The notes under the pieces are model-generated. The model had not been told where the DNA came from, searched no databases, and worked only from the letters and a program-made list of their open reading frames with translations. From the NCBI GenBank assembly GCA_001821055.1, contig MHRT01000006.1, positions 8,572-72,571 on the forward strand: 64,000 nt of DNA, read 5' to 3'. Made by a program: the position numbers and the translations under genes. Below are positions 38,646 to 46,928 of the stretch, piece by piece. The stretch's first letter is position 1. Each line of letters starts with the position of its first letter. Source of the stretch: Candidatus Taylorbacteria bacterium RIFCSPHIGHO2_12_FULL_45_16 (GTDB lineage Bacteria > Patescibacteriota > Minisyncoccia > Phycocordibacterales > PALSA-1337).

Positions 38646-39545
38646 TTACTTTTCCGAACTTACAATCTGCACTGCTTTCGTAACTATCGGCAGGATGTCA
38701 TTATAAAAATTCAATTCAAGAATATCGGCCAGTTTGAACCACTTGGCGTCATCAAGTCCTGGTTTCTTGGCTAATTGTAATTCTGTAAATTTAGACTCGG
38801 TTAAATAATAGTGGACCTGCTTTCTAATTTTCCCGATTTCTGGATCATTGGCAATATACTCATTTTGTCCCAAATCTTCAATAATCTTCACCTCAAGACC
38901 GATCTCCTCTTTGACCTTGGCGACCGTGCCTTCGCTAGGGTCAACACCCTCCGGAATTTTACCTTTTGACAGGGTCCAGTGGCCAAAGGCATCATGAACG
39001 AAAGCGAAATATATTTCTTCGTCTTTTTTGCCATACACCACTGCTCCGCCCAAATGTTGGATTGGCATCTGCTCATATGGAACCTCGACCTTCTTCTTTT
39101 TGACTGGTTGAGCATCTTTGCCTGGTTCACCAAGCTCTTTGTACACGGCACCAAGTACGCCGTTGACGAATCGTCCGCTAGTTTCACCACCAAATGTTTT
39201 AGCCAACTCGATGGACTCGTTTATGGCGACTTTTGCCGGAACTTCGGCTCGATCGGCAAACAAAAGCTCATATAGACCGAGACGCAGGACATTGCGGTCA
39301 ACCGGAGAAATTTTGTCCAAAGGCCAATCAGGCGCAGCTTTGGCGATGATATCATTCAAGTCCTGTTTCTTGGCCAGAATGCCCTTCATCAAAGAATCAA
39401 TAAATGAAACATCAGTAACCCCGGGAGCAAACTCCTTGGTATTGCGGGCGATGATGGCTGACACGGTCTCGTCACGCTGACCACGCGCGTCCCACTCAAA
39501 GAGGGACTGCAGAACAACTGAACGAGAGAGATGTCTATTGGCCAT
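38646..39545 (-). CDS. nusB: Transcription antitermination factor NusB fused to a C-terminal Nudix-fold domain
   Basis: N-terminal 150 aa NusB (SRSVVLQSLFEWD...RFVNGVLGAVYKE); Lys-rich linker; C-terminal ~135 aa with GHWTLSKGKIPEGVDPSEGTVAKVKEEIGLEV (degenerate Nudix box). Confidence 0.7.
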   Translation of the reverse strand: MANRHLSRSVVLQSLFEWDARGQRDETVSAIIARNTKEFAPGVTDVSFIDSLMKGILAKKQDLNDIIAKAAPDWPLDKISPVDRNVLRLGLYELLFADRAEVPAKVAINESIELAKTFGGETSGRFVNGVLGAVYKELGEPGKDAQPVKKKKVEVPYEQMPIQHLGGAVVYGKKDEEIYFAFVHDAFGHWTLSKGKIPEGVDPSEGTVAKVKEEIGLEVKIIEDLGQNEYIANDPEIGKIRKQVHYYLTESKFTELQLAKKPGLDDAKWFKLADILELNFYNDILPIVTKAVQIVSSEK

Positions 39546-39674
39546 TTTGATTAAAGAACAGATATCATTTTATGTGACTTGTAAGAAACTCTAAATTCTA
39601 AGTTCTAAATCCTAAAAAAGATCAAATGCTTCTCAATTTAGAATTTAGTGTTTAGAGTTCAGAACTTTACTAAC

Positions 39675-39896
39675 TTACTTCTTGGCGGTTTCCGTCTGTT
39701 TCTTGGTCTTCTTGGCGACTTTAGCCGCCAGATCCAAAATCTTGCGTCCATTATACCATCCGCAATTCATACAGACAGTGTGGCTCTTGTGGCCGACGCC
39801 GCAATTTTGACACTTTGAAACACGCCCAGCGACAAGTGCGTGATGTGAGCGCCTATTATTGCGATGTGAGCGTGTGGCACGCATGCGAACTACCAT
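39675..39896 (-). CDS. rpmF: 50S ribosomal protein L32
   Basis: MVVRMRATRSHRNNRRSHHAL...KCQNCGVGHKSHTVCMNCGWYNGRKI matches L32 Zn-ribbon form; tracked ORF begins at an upstream TTG. Confidence 0.75.
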   Translation of the reverse strand: MVVRMRATRSHRNNRRSHHALVAGRVSKCQNCGVGHKSHTVCMNCGWYNGRKILDLAAKVAKKTKKQTETAKK

Positions 39897-40120
39897 GAAA
39901 AGTAGTATCGCATATTCAGAAGTTTTTCGCAAACTACGCGCGAGCCTATCCTAAGCATCCACTAAGTATGATATACGGACCACGGGCCGAGAGTCTTTAT
40001 CTTGTCATGTAATCCAGCAGAAGATAGATCATTGTCAAGTCAGAGAAAATGCTGTACATTACTGTTTGTCATATACCCATAAGCGTCTTGATAGATATCG
40101 AATGATTATTGAAGAAAAGA

Positions 40121-40193
40121 GCGCCCATAGCTCAGTTGGTAGAGCAGATCCCTCTTAAGGATAAGGTCGTAGGTTCGATCCCTACTGGGCGCA
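40121..40193 (+). tRNA. tRNA-Lys (anticodon CTT)
   Basis: GCGCCCA acceptor, D-loop AGUUGGUAG, anticodon loop CUCUUAA, T-arm GUAGG-UUCGAUC-CCUAC; followed by perfect hairpin gcaaccctgc-tgat-cgcagggttgc at ~40204-40229. Confidence 0.8.
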
Positions 40194-40279
40194 CTACTTC
40201 GCAACCCTGCTGATCGCAGGGTTGCTTCGTAGCGCGAGCACTCTGAATACGCTCACTGTTAAACAAGACACGGCACAGC

Positions 40280-40308
40280 TTGACATATATTTATAAATAT
40301 GATAGTAT
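40280..40308 (+). promoter_or_regulatory. Sigma70-type promoter TTGACA-N17-TAGTAT
   Basis: Near-consensus boxes upstream of ORF 40430; the tracked ORF start at 40280 is the -35 box itself read as TTG. Confidence 0.45.
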
Positions 40309-40429
40309 CTTGGACAGATTCTTAAACAGACGTTTCTGCTCAATATATCCGGGCGTAAGCTTGGGAGCAGGACATCAACTCGGCGCAAGCCGAAAACTCG
40401 TGCGAATGCACATTGGAAAACCGAATACT

Positions 40430-40918
40430 ATGAAGAAAAATATTGATACGACCAAAAAGGCCGAGACCAAAACCCTTCGCAGCCGCAAAGCCGCGTGCGA
40501 CAAAACCACCACGAAAACGGCCGCGAAGAAAAAGGTTGTCCTGCCCCTCTACTGCAACAGGAAGAACCCCTTCACGCCGGAAGCGTGGGCATGGGTAAAC
40601 AAGGAAGACGTTTGGCCCGGAACGGATAAACCTTTGTGTTTCATGCCGCCAAATCTGATCTTCGAGATCGCGAATGCGCAAAGACGAACACTGGACCTGG
40701 ACCAAGTCAAAGTTCTGGTTTACCCTGAAGGACCGACTGCCGAAATGTGCTCGTTATTGGCGGCAAAAAAGCCAACCCCTGAAGAAAAAATCTTCACCCC
40801 GGTGAACTATGCTTACGCCGTCAGTCCCAAAGGGTTGGAGCAAATCGAGGCAGGCACGCCTCTGGCTGAAGTAAAGGGTTTTTTTTCGGGGCGGACCATA
40901 CTACGTCAACAAAGGTAA
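40430..40918 (+). CDS. Hypothetical protein, Lys/Thr-rich N-terminus, GC-rich
   Basis: ATG MKKNIDTTKKAETK...; no family recognised. Confidence 0.4.
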   Translation: MKKNIDTTKKAETKTLRSRKAACDKTTTKTAAKKKVVLPLYCNRKNPFTPEAWAWVNKEDVWPGTDKPLCFMPPNLIFEIANAQRRTLDLDQVKVLVYPEGPTAEMCSLLAAKKPTPEEKIFTPVNYAYAVSPKGLEQIEAGTPLAEVKGFFSGRTILRQQR

Positions 40919-41324
40919 GACGGAGGCAAAGGCATTCAGTGGGAGTCCGCTCCGCTTCAATTCTTCCAGCAAATGCTACTGGAGAAATGATGGGTCTTCG
41001 CTCGTAATCCAGGCAAAAGCGATAGGCCTCAAGTTAAACGGCAGCGAAGAAGATCCAGTGTGGGGTGTGCCCTTCAGTGAAATCGAAAAGGTCATCAAGG
41101 CACAATTACGGAAAACCGAGCTCTTCAATTTGGCCTCCCAGATGGCTGGAGACCTTACAAATGGACGCGAGGAAAACCGACGCCGGCGCTGGGATCATCG
41201 TATCGGTGATCATCCCTTCGAACATGGCAAGCGGAAAGACCGCCCGCGAAACAGGCATCACTCGGCCGAGGAGGCCGATTAACAAAAATATCTCGTGAAT
41301 TGAGATCAAACAAATATAACCCAG

Positions 41325-41360
41325 CCCCGGACAAATCACTGTCTGGGGCGAAATTTTTTA
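41325..41360 (+). terminator. Rho-independent terminator
   Basis: ccccggaca-aatcac-tgtctgggg + cgaaattttttat. Confidence 0.6.
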
Positions 41361-41420
41361 TACCAGAGAACCTATATTTTTAGGCCTATTTTTACCTTAC
41401 TTTAGCAAAGCACATAAAGC

Positions 41421-41448
41421 TTGACAAAGCCATTGTATATGTTATAAT
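41421..41448 (+). promoter_or_regulatory. Sigma70-type promoter TTGACA-N16-TATAAT
   Basis: Perfect -35 and -10 hexamers ~65 nt upstream of first ATG of the 41514 gene. Confidence 0.55.
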
Positions 41449-41513
41449 AGCACGAGTAACTGAAGACTTGATCGTAGTGACTTTTGAAAACAAAAACCTT
41501 GCCCGAAGTCATC

Positions 41514-42683
41514 ATGCTTTGGGTATCAACAGAAAAGACAAGACATATGAAGAAAACAACACCTGCAGGATTCACCACTGCACAGCTTGCCGCAGCACGA
41601 AAAAGCGGAGGGACTATCAAGCTTGGTGGTCCGGCTCCCGCCAAATCGGCAACAAAACCCGCTCCCACGACAACCAAACCCGTCGCGACCACCGTCAAGG
41701 TGAGCACTCCGGCAAAGACGGCAACATCCGGTGCCCCGACAAAGGCAAAGATGGCACGCATCCGCAAGAAGGTGACGACTGGCACTTCTGCTTCTGGTCG
41801 AACGCCGGCGGCAATCCCGCCGATTATTCCGCCGCCAGTGATTCCACCGCCCATTCCAGTTTCGACACCATCGAAAGTTTCGTGGTGGAAAAAATTGATT
41901 CGGGCAAACACAGCAACGGCTACGGCACCGGTCCGTCACCACAATTGGTTCGGATGGTTGTTCTTGATCATCGTGATCTTGGCAATCATCATTGGGCTGA
42001 TGTGGAAGAACAGCTGGCTCTTCTTCTCGGAGAAACCAGCAGTTCAGATCGTTCGCGGGGTACTCGCGCCTCAAGTCGAAGTTTCGAATGCCCTGATTCC
42101 ACTGCCAGCGAGCACAAATCAGACACTGGCGACCGTTACACCGACAAACCCACCGGTACCTGTATTGGCAGTGACTCCGACATCCGGAGTCTCAAACAAC
42201 ACGGTTCCGCATAATCAACAGTGGCCTTCAAAAGTCACTGGCATCGAAGGCGACAACAACGACGGAAACACCGTCGTAAACAACTTCGGTACCATAAACT
42301 ACACTACGGATGGTAGCAAAGGTGTAATGATCACGGTCAAGACGAACCTACCGGGGGAGGTAAATGTACCGTTCAGGTTGCCACCTGGATGTACATCTGT
42401 CCGTGAAATCCGAGTCCACCCTTCATCGTGGAACAGTTCCGATGTTCCGCCAGTCAACGTGGAGATGAAGCCCGGCGAATACGTCAGGGTCATTCCCCCA
42501 CCAACCTGGCTGATGGACGGCCCTTACGTGGCCGACGGTCCCATCATGGTTACTCACGACGGGGTCACTTGGGACCACCGGAATTCCGCCAGGATTACAG
42601 TCAAGGAGTGGGGTTACTACATGTTGCCAGGTACAACGGCATGCAATGTGGTGATCAACTTCAAGAACCCAAAGCACCAGTAA
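41514..42683 (+). CDS. Hypothetical single-pass membrane protein with Pro/Thr-rich basic N-terminal region and ~220-aa extracytoplasmic domain
   Basis: Central TM WFGWLFLIIVILAIIIGLMW; PPIIPPPVIPPPIP repeats; tracked start 41484 is TTG, first ATG 41514 (alt 41548). Confidence 0.5.
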   Translation: MLWVSTEKTRHMKKTTPAGFTTAQLAAARKSGGTIKLGGPAPAKSATKPAPTTTKPVATTVKVSTPAKTATSGAPTKAKMARIRKKVTTGTSASGRTPAAIPPIIPPPVIPPPIPVSTPSKVSWWKKLIRANTATATAPVRHHNWFGWLFLIIVILAIIIGLMWKNSWLFFSEKPAVQIVRGVLAPQVEVSNALIPLPASTNQTLATVTPTNPPVPVLAVTPTSGVSNNTVPHNQQWPSKVTGIEGDNNDGNTVVNNFGTINYTTDGSKGVMITVKTNLPGEVNVPFRLPPGCTSVREIRVHPSSWNSSDVPPVNVEMKPGEYVRVIPPPTWLMDGPYVADGPIMVTHDGVTWDHRNSARITVKEWGYYMLPGTTACNVVINFKNPKHQ

Positions 42684-42701
42684 ATTCGAGTCCGATTCAC
42701 A

Positions 42702-42739
42702 GCGCGCGGAATGGAAACATTCCGCGCGTCTCCTTTTAT
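42702..42739 (+). terminator. Rho-independent terminator
   Basis: gcgcgcggaatg-gaaa-cattccgcgcg + tctccttttat. Confidence 0.65.
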
Positions 42740-42819
42740 ACGTATAGAAAGTGCTTCAAAATAGAAACAAAATCTATTTATTTCTGTATATAAAACCTAA
42801 TTTAATCTAGGTTTTGAGC

Positions 42820-42849
42820 TTGACATTATGGCATATATCATGATACAAT
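42820..42849 (+). promoter_or_regulatory. Sigma70-type promoter TTGACA-N18-TACAAT
   Basis: Near-consensus boxes ~100 nt upstream of ATG 42952, which has a GGTGAG SD. Confidence 0.5.
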
Positions 42850-42951
42850 TGTCACAAAACCAATGGTACCTGTGCGGTATCAAAGAAACTTGAAAACCAA
42901 CTTCAAACCAATGGCTTTCTACGCACGAGAGAGTCTAGATGGTGAGAAACT

Positions 42952-43926
42952 ATGAACACCAATGACACAGAACAGGTAAAAAAACCTGTACCCTATTACC
43001 GAACGATGGATAGAAAGATATTTGTATGGGTCGGCAATGCAACCTTACTTGCATCTTTCGTCATCCTGACGGCAATGGGCCTCGAGTACATAACGCCGTT
43101 TGCCTTCGGGGCATGCGTGCTAGCTATGTGCTACTTCGTGACCATCATCTTGTTCTTCCTCGGAGGATACAAGAAATTCCTCGCTCCTGTGGCTGATCTG
43201 CATGCCGGCGTACTGATCAATCGGTTCTTTGGCCGCAAGGCACCCAAAACCGATACGGAAAGTTTGAGTCTCAAACCAGCCGCCTTTCTGGAGGAAGTAA
43301 GTTCTGGAATCTGGAACTCAAAATTCCCCTGGCAATCGGTTACATATGTCAACCTTCAGCGACATGTTGCCGTTGGAGGAAAACCTGGGGAATCTTACTC
43401 CTATGATCAGATTGCGCACACTTTCCTCTGGTTCGGCACCGTGAGAGCGGTGCAAGGATACTGCTGTACCTTGGTCAGGATTGGGGCACAAGCCGCAATA
43501 AATTCGATTGAAGGCCTGACTGATGCCGCCGTTTCCGTGGATATCAACAAGAGGAAATGGAAAGAAATAATTAGGGAACAAGCTCATCTCGCAAAAAACC
43601 TCGAAGAGCACTATGGTGGCGACGGGAACATGAGTGATAAGGAAGCCGGATTTGGCTTGGCCATAGAGCGTCTTGTTCTTCGAAAAGTAACTCGTAGCAA
43701 GGAGCTCCAGGATTCCGCCGAACTCGTCGAGCGCAATAGAAATCTGAGAGAAGCTGTCAGGATACTTAAAGGAAGCAAGTTGGCGGAAGGAACACATCTC
43801 ACGGACAAAGAAGCAACCGACCGTGTGCTCATGGAAGCCGGTAAGGGCGACTTGAGGGTGTTCGAAGGCCTTGAAGGCATGGGAAGAAATGTGCTCCTTA
43901 ACGTTGACAGGGGCGGAAACAAGTAA
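42952..43926 (+). CDS. Hypothetical membrane protein (two N-terminal TM helices, cytoplasmic alpha-helical domain)
   Basis: ATG with SD; TM helices VWVGNATLLASFVILTAMGL / AFGACVLAMCYFVTIILFFLGG; no family recognised. Confidence 0.5.
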   Translation: MNTNDTEQVKKPVPYYRTMDRKIFVWVGNATLLASFVILTAMGLEYITPFAFGACVLAMCYFVTIILFFLGGYKKFLAPVADLHAGVLINRFFGRKAPKTDTESLSLKPAAFLEEVSSGIWNSKFPWQSVTYVNLQRHVAVGGKPGESYSYDQIAHTFLWFGTVRAVQGYCCTLVRIGAQAAINSIEGLTDAAVSVDINKRKWKEIIREQAHLAKNLEEHYGGDGNMSDKEAGFGLAIERLVLRKVTRSKELQDSAELVERNRNLREAVRILKGSKLAEGTHLTDKEATDRVLMEAGKGDLRVFEGLEGMGRNVLLNVDRGGNK

Positions 43927-43941
43927 CCGAATGGAGTCATT

Positions 43942-44457
43942 ATGGCAAATGAGAGTAATGAGAATTCCTTGATCGTCGGACCGGAACAAGGTTCGATAAA
44001 TCTTGAGGGCGACCCAAAAGCGAAGTGGTATGCTCGTGCAATCACGGGCGGGCCACAACAATTCGGCCTGATCGTCCTATTCATGCTCACCTTGATCACG
44101 GTCTGGTACTTTCGGACATACGGTCTAAGCGGGCTAGTAACCGAAGGATCACGAAGATGGAATTGGGGTGACGCCCTCCAACCGTCGCGATCAACTACTC
44201 AACCATCCATCACCATCACAAAAGATGTCTGGAGTACGGAAGTACATCCCGGGAATAGAAAATTCTGGGTGTTATCGATCACGCCACCAGCCAGACGTCT
44301 AGTAATGGTCAATAACAACCCCGACTTGATCTATCCATTGCCAGCAGGGCCAGCTAACGAGGTGGTCGTCGGCCACGACGTCGAATCGTTGAAATGGATG
44401 ATCGTGCCGGACGAAACCGTCCAGTATTCAACCATCACATACGAATACAGACGTTGA
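43942..44457 (+). CDS. Hypothetical single-TM protein (171 aa)
   Basis: GGAG SD then ATG; TM FGLIVLFMLTLITVWYF; ends at bidirectional terminator. Confidence 0.45.
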   Translation: MANESNENSLIVGPEQGSINLEGDPKAKWYARAITGGPQQFGLIVLFMLTLITVWYFRTYGLSGLVTEGSRRWNWGDALQPSRSTTQPSITITKDVWSTEVHPGNRKFWVLSITPPARRLVMVNNNPDLIYPLPAGPANEVVVGHDVESLKWMIVPDETVQYSTITYEYRR

Positions 44458-44475
44458 GACAGTTCTTTGCAAAAC

Positions 44476-44508
44476 GGCCTAGGAGCAATCCTAGGCCGTC
44501 CTTTTTTT
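44476..44508. terminator. Bidirectional rho-independent terminator
   Basis: ggcctagg-agcaat-cctaggcc flanked by aaaa and ctttttttat; separates + strand island genes from - strand pilin-like array. Confidence 0.7.
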
Positions 44509-44525
44509 ATCATGAAAATACTCTC

Positions 44526-44819
44526 TTATATTCCCTTCACCGTATTCGAGATTATTTGGATAATCCCCCAAGCCGATAACATAATAAACATCCCGATGAC
44601 TCCTCCCCACATGCTCCTCTTGCCTTTTTCATGAGTCTCACCTCCGGGTTCTCCCCAAACAACTTGAAAAACCCCGTAAGCAAAGACTACAACCGCCGCG
44701 GCAAACAGAAGAACAATAATCGGATCAATTATGTGAGTGAAAATCGGGTTGACTACCCTGCCAAAAGCATCCGCATTCACTTCGGCGTATGCGTTCTCAA
44801 CAAAAGGTAAAAAACTCAT
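44526..44819 (-). CDS. TrbC/VirB2-like two-TM pilin-family small protein, paralog 1
   Basis: 98 aa from ATG right after upstream stop; two hydrophobic helices IIVLLFAAAVVVFAYGVFQVV / MWGGVIGMFIMLSAWGIIQII separated by short polar loop. Confidence 0.45.
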   Translation of the reverse strand: MSFLPFVENAYAEVNADAFGRVVNPIFTHIIDPIIVLLFAAAVVVFAYGVFQVVWGEPGGETHEKGKRSMWGGVIGMFIMLSAWGIIQIISNTVKGI

Positions 44820-44824
44820 GAAGA

Positions 44825-45181
44825 TTAAGGGATCTGGCGAGGATACTGAACCTGTGGAAATTGGTTGACTGGAGCGTTGGTATCGGTGCGGAAAGTATTG
44901 GTCAAGATGCGGACAAGTCCCCAAATAGAGAGGATGACGAAGAGGCCAACTATGCCCCAGAGGATGGATTGACCGATAGGTCCGCGAGCTTCTTTGTCGC
45001 CGGCCATAATGTAACGAATGACATTGAAAATGATGAAAATAACCGCGAAGGCTATGAGGATTTCTATTACGACATTGCCAATATTGGTGAGTTTGTAAGT
45101 CAGAGAATTGACATCAGTGATCGCTTGAGCAGAAACGACGGTCGGAATAGAGACTGCGAGAACTGCTAGTATTTTCTTCAT
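44825..45181 (-). CDS. TrbC/VirB2-like two-TM pilin-family small protein, paralog 2
   Basis: Signal peptide MKKILAVLAVSIPTVVSAQA, then helices VIEILIAFAVIFIIFNVIRYI / ILWGIVGLFVILSIWGLVRIL. Confidence 0.55.
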   Translation of the reverse strand: MKKILAVLAVSIPTVVSAQAITDVNSLTYKLTNIGNVVIEILIAFAVIFIIFNVIRYIMAGDKEARGPIGQSILWGIVGLFVILSIWGLVRILTNTFRTDTNAPVNQFPQVQYPRQIP

Positions 45182-45316
45182 GATAATATTGTTATGTTTA
45201 TTAGTGTTGTTAATTATACATTACATATCAGACAATACAATCTAACTACTGTGGATTACAAAACTGTTGGAAGTTAATATGAAATCTATTTTTGTTCAAG
45301 TAGACGAGACTTTGCG

Positions 45317-45844
45317 TCAAAAGCTTGGATCTCGTGATGAGTTAGGGTTCGCATTATTTGGTGTAGTGACAGAAGATGGATTACCTGACACACCAGGAGC
45401 AACTCCTCTAGGAGTACCCGTATTCACGGTCCCGGGAGTAACCGAAGAAGGATTACCGCTTGTATTGCCTCCCGCCGGAAACAATCCCTTGAACGATGTC
45501 CAGGAAGCCGGTTGATTGTTTTCGTTTTTTAACCCAAAGGTATTTTGCAATATATTGACCAATCCCCAAAATGAAAGAATGACGAAGAATCCTATGAGAC
45601 TATACATGACGTACAAGCTGGCGTTTTTTCTGTCTTCATTCGGCTTGATGAAGTACTGGATGATGTACCAGACAAAGATGACCACGGCCAGACCGATCAT
45701 TAAGACCAAGAACTGGTTCAAATAACCAATGATTATATTGATGACGCAAGCCAGATTTTTCTGTGAACAGACTTGTGCCTGAGTTACAAAGGGAAAAATA
45801 ACAAGAATGAAAGCTGAAAGATAGAGTGGAAATTTTTTAAACAT
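45317..45844 (-). CDS. TrbC/VirB2-like two-TM pilin-family protein with Gly/Asn/Pro/Ser/Thr-rich repeat tail, paralog 3
   Basis: Signal peptide, two helices, C-terminal tail with SGNPSSVT duplicated. Confidence 0.55.
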   Translation of the reverse strand: MFKKFPLYLSAFILVIFPFVTQAQVCSQKNLACVINIIIGYLNQFLVLMIGLAVVIFVWYIIQYFIKPNEDRKNASLYVMYSLIGFFVILSFWGLVNILQNTFGLKNENNQPASWTSFKGLFPAGGNTSGNPSSVTPGTVNTGTPRGVAPGVSGNPSSVTTPNNANPNSSRDPSF

Positions 45845-45866
45845 GATAATAATGATTAATAATTAA

Positions 45867-46292
45867 TTATTTGCCGATGGCGCTACGAACACTGTTAATG
45901 GTCTTTGGGTCTACGGTACCCGACAAAGAAAGCGTGTTGATGACGACCTCAATGATCACTCGAGCGCCAATGACCACGGCCACACCGACCACAATCCACC
46001 ACAGCCAATTCTTGAGATCTTTCATTTTCGTCACGTCGCCCCGAGAGACGATATACTGAAAGCCAACCCAGATCAAAGCCAGAACGGCTATAATTATGAC
46101 GACGTAACTGAATATTTCCACGAAACTCTGAACCAAACCGGCAACGGAATCAACTTTTAGCGGGTTGGAAAGAGTAAATGTTTTCGTTGAGTCTGAGGTT
46201 GATTGGGCAAAAACAAATACCGGCAAAAACAAAAGGGTGGTTAGGCCAAAAAAATATTTTAGTTTATAGGATGTGGTTTTAATCATGAACAC
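45867..46292 (-). CDS. TrbC/VirB2-like two-TM pilin-family small protein, paralog 4
   Basis: Signal peptide ...LPVFVFAQS, helices VVIIIAVLALIWVGFQYIV / WLWWIVVGVAVVIGARVII. Confidence 0.55.
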   Translation of the reverse strand: MFMIKTTSYKLKYFFGLTTLLFLPVFVFAQSTSDSTKTFTLSNPLKVDSVAGLVQSFVEIFSYVVIIIAVLALIWVGFQYIVSRGDVTKMKDLKNWLWWIVVGVAVVIGARVIIEVVINTLSLSGTVDPKTINSVRSAIGK

Positions 46293-46293
46293 T

Positions 46294-46902
46294 TTAAGGG
46301 CTTCCCAACAGAGTCTTGAAACCGCTATTATCAGTCAGCCAACTCAAGATCTGATAAACAATGAACCAGGCCGATAGCATTATTATAAACCCTAAGAAGA
46401 TTTTGGGGAAGATACTATGAGCTTTGTCGATTTTGGCTTTTTGGCCAGAAATATAAAGTAAACCAGCATAAGATAACATCAGTATGGCAACCAAAACGCC
46501 CAGAACCATCATTATATTGATCAGATGCTGAACTAGAAGAATAACGGCGTCGAAATCACAAGGCACGTAATCACGATTGTTGTTTGCGGCTTTGAATTCC
46601 GCCATCGTCTTTATACTGAATTGAGTATAAGCTCCGGTGACATCTTTTGGCAGACTCGGCCCATCACAGACCGCTATTCTGAAGGCAGAACTGTTGGGAT
46701 TGGTGGAGGGTTCCAGCTGGGATTGCAGGGTGCGAGCCGGAACGGTAGTCGGAGGTGGTGGTGGCTGATTGCCGACAGATTGAGCTTTTACAATACTGTC
46801 TGACCAGACATTTGAAGTCAAAACCACCACGACAATCAAACAAATACTAGCACAGACTTTGGTATTTTTTGAAAATATTTTATTTTGATTACATTTGTTC
46901 AT
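46294..46902 (-). CDS. TrbC/VirB2-like two-TM pilin-family protein with Pro-rich, Cys-containing N-terminal region, paralog 5
   Basis: Signal peptide, PPPPPTT stretch, CDGPS...PCDFD, then helices IMMVLGVLVAILMLSYAGLLYI / IFLGFIIMLSAWFIVYQIL. Confidence 0.5.
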   Translation of the reverse strand: MNKCNQNKIFSKNTKVCASICLIVVVVLTSNVWSDSIVKAQSVGNQPPPPPTTVPARTLQSQLEPSTNPNSSAFRIAVCDGPSLPKDVTGAYTQFSIKTMAEFKAANNNRDYVPCDFDAVILLVQHLINIMMVLGVLVAILMLSYAGLLYISGQKAKIDKAHSIFPKIFLGFIIMLSAWFIVYQILSWLTDNSGFKTLLGSP

Positions 46903-46928
46903 ATTTTACCGTTCACAATTCACTTCTA

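Noticed and set aside
39891-39905. Apparent frameshift in L32 when translating the printed sequence
   Set aside because: My reading of the line break near 39900/39901 gives one A fewer than the ORF track implies. Treated as a transcription artefact of reading, not biology; ORF-track coordinates trusted.
41402-42214. Overlapping ORFs 41468-42214 (+), 41526-42074 (-), 41402-41911 (-)
   Set aside because: Alternative frames through a GC-rich Pro/Thr-repeat region. Only the 41514-42683 frame continues into a TM helix and a long non-repetitive domain.
43318-44099. Minus-strand ORFs of 247 and 162 aa
   Set aside because: Antisense to the 42952-43926 and 43942-44457 + strand genes, which have their own promoters, SD sites and terminator. 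Minus-strand translations look like junk.
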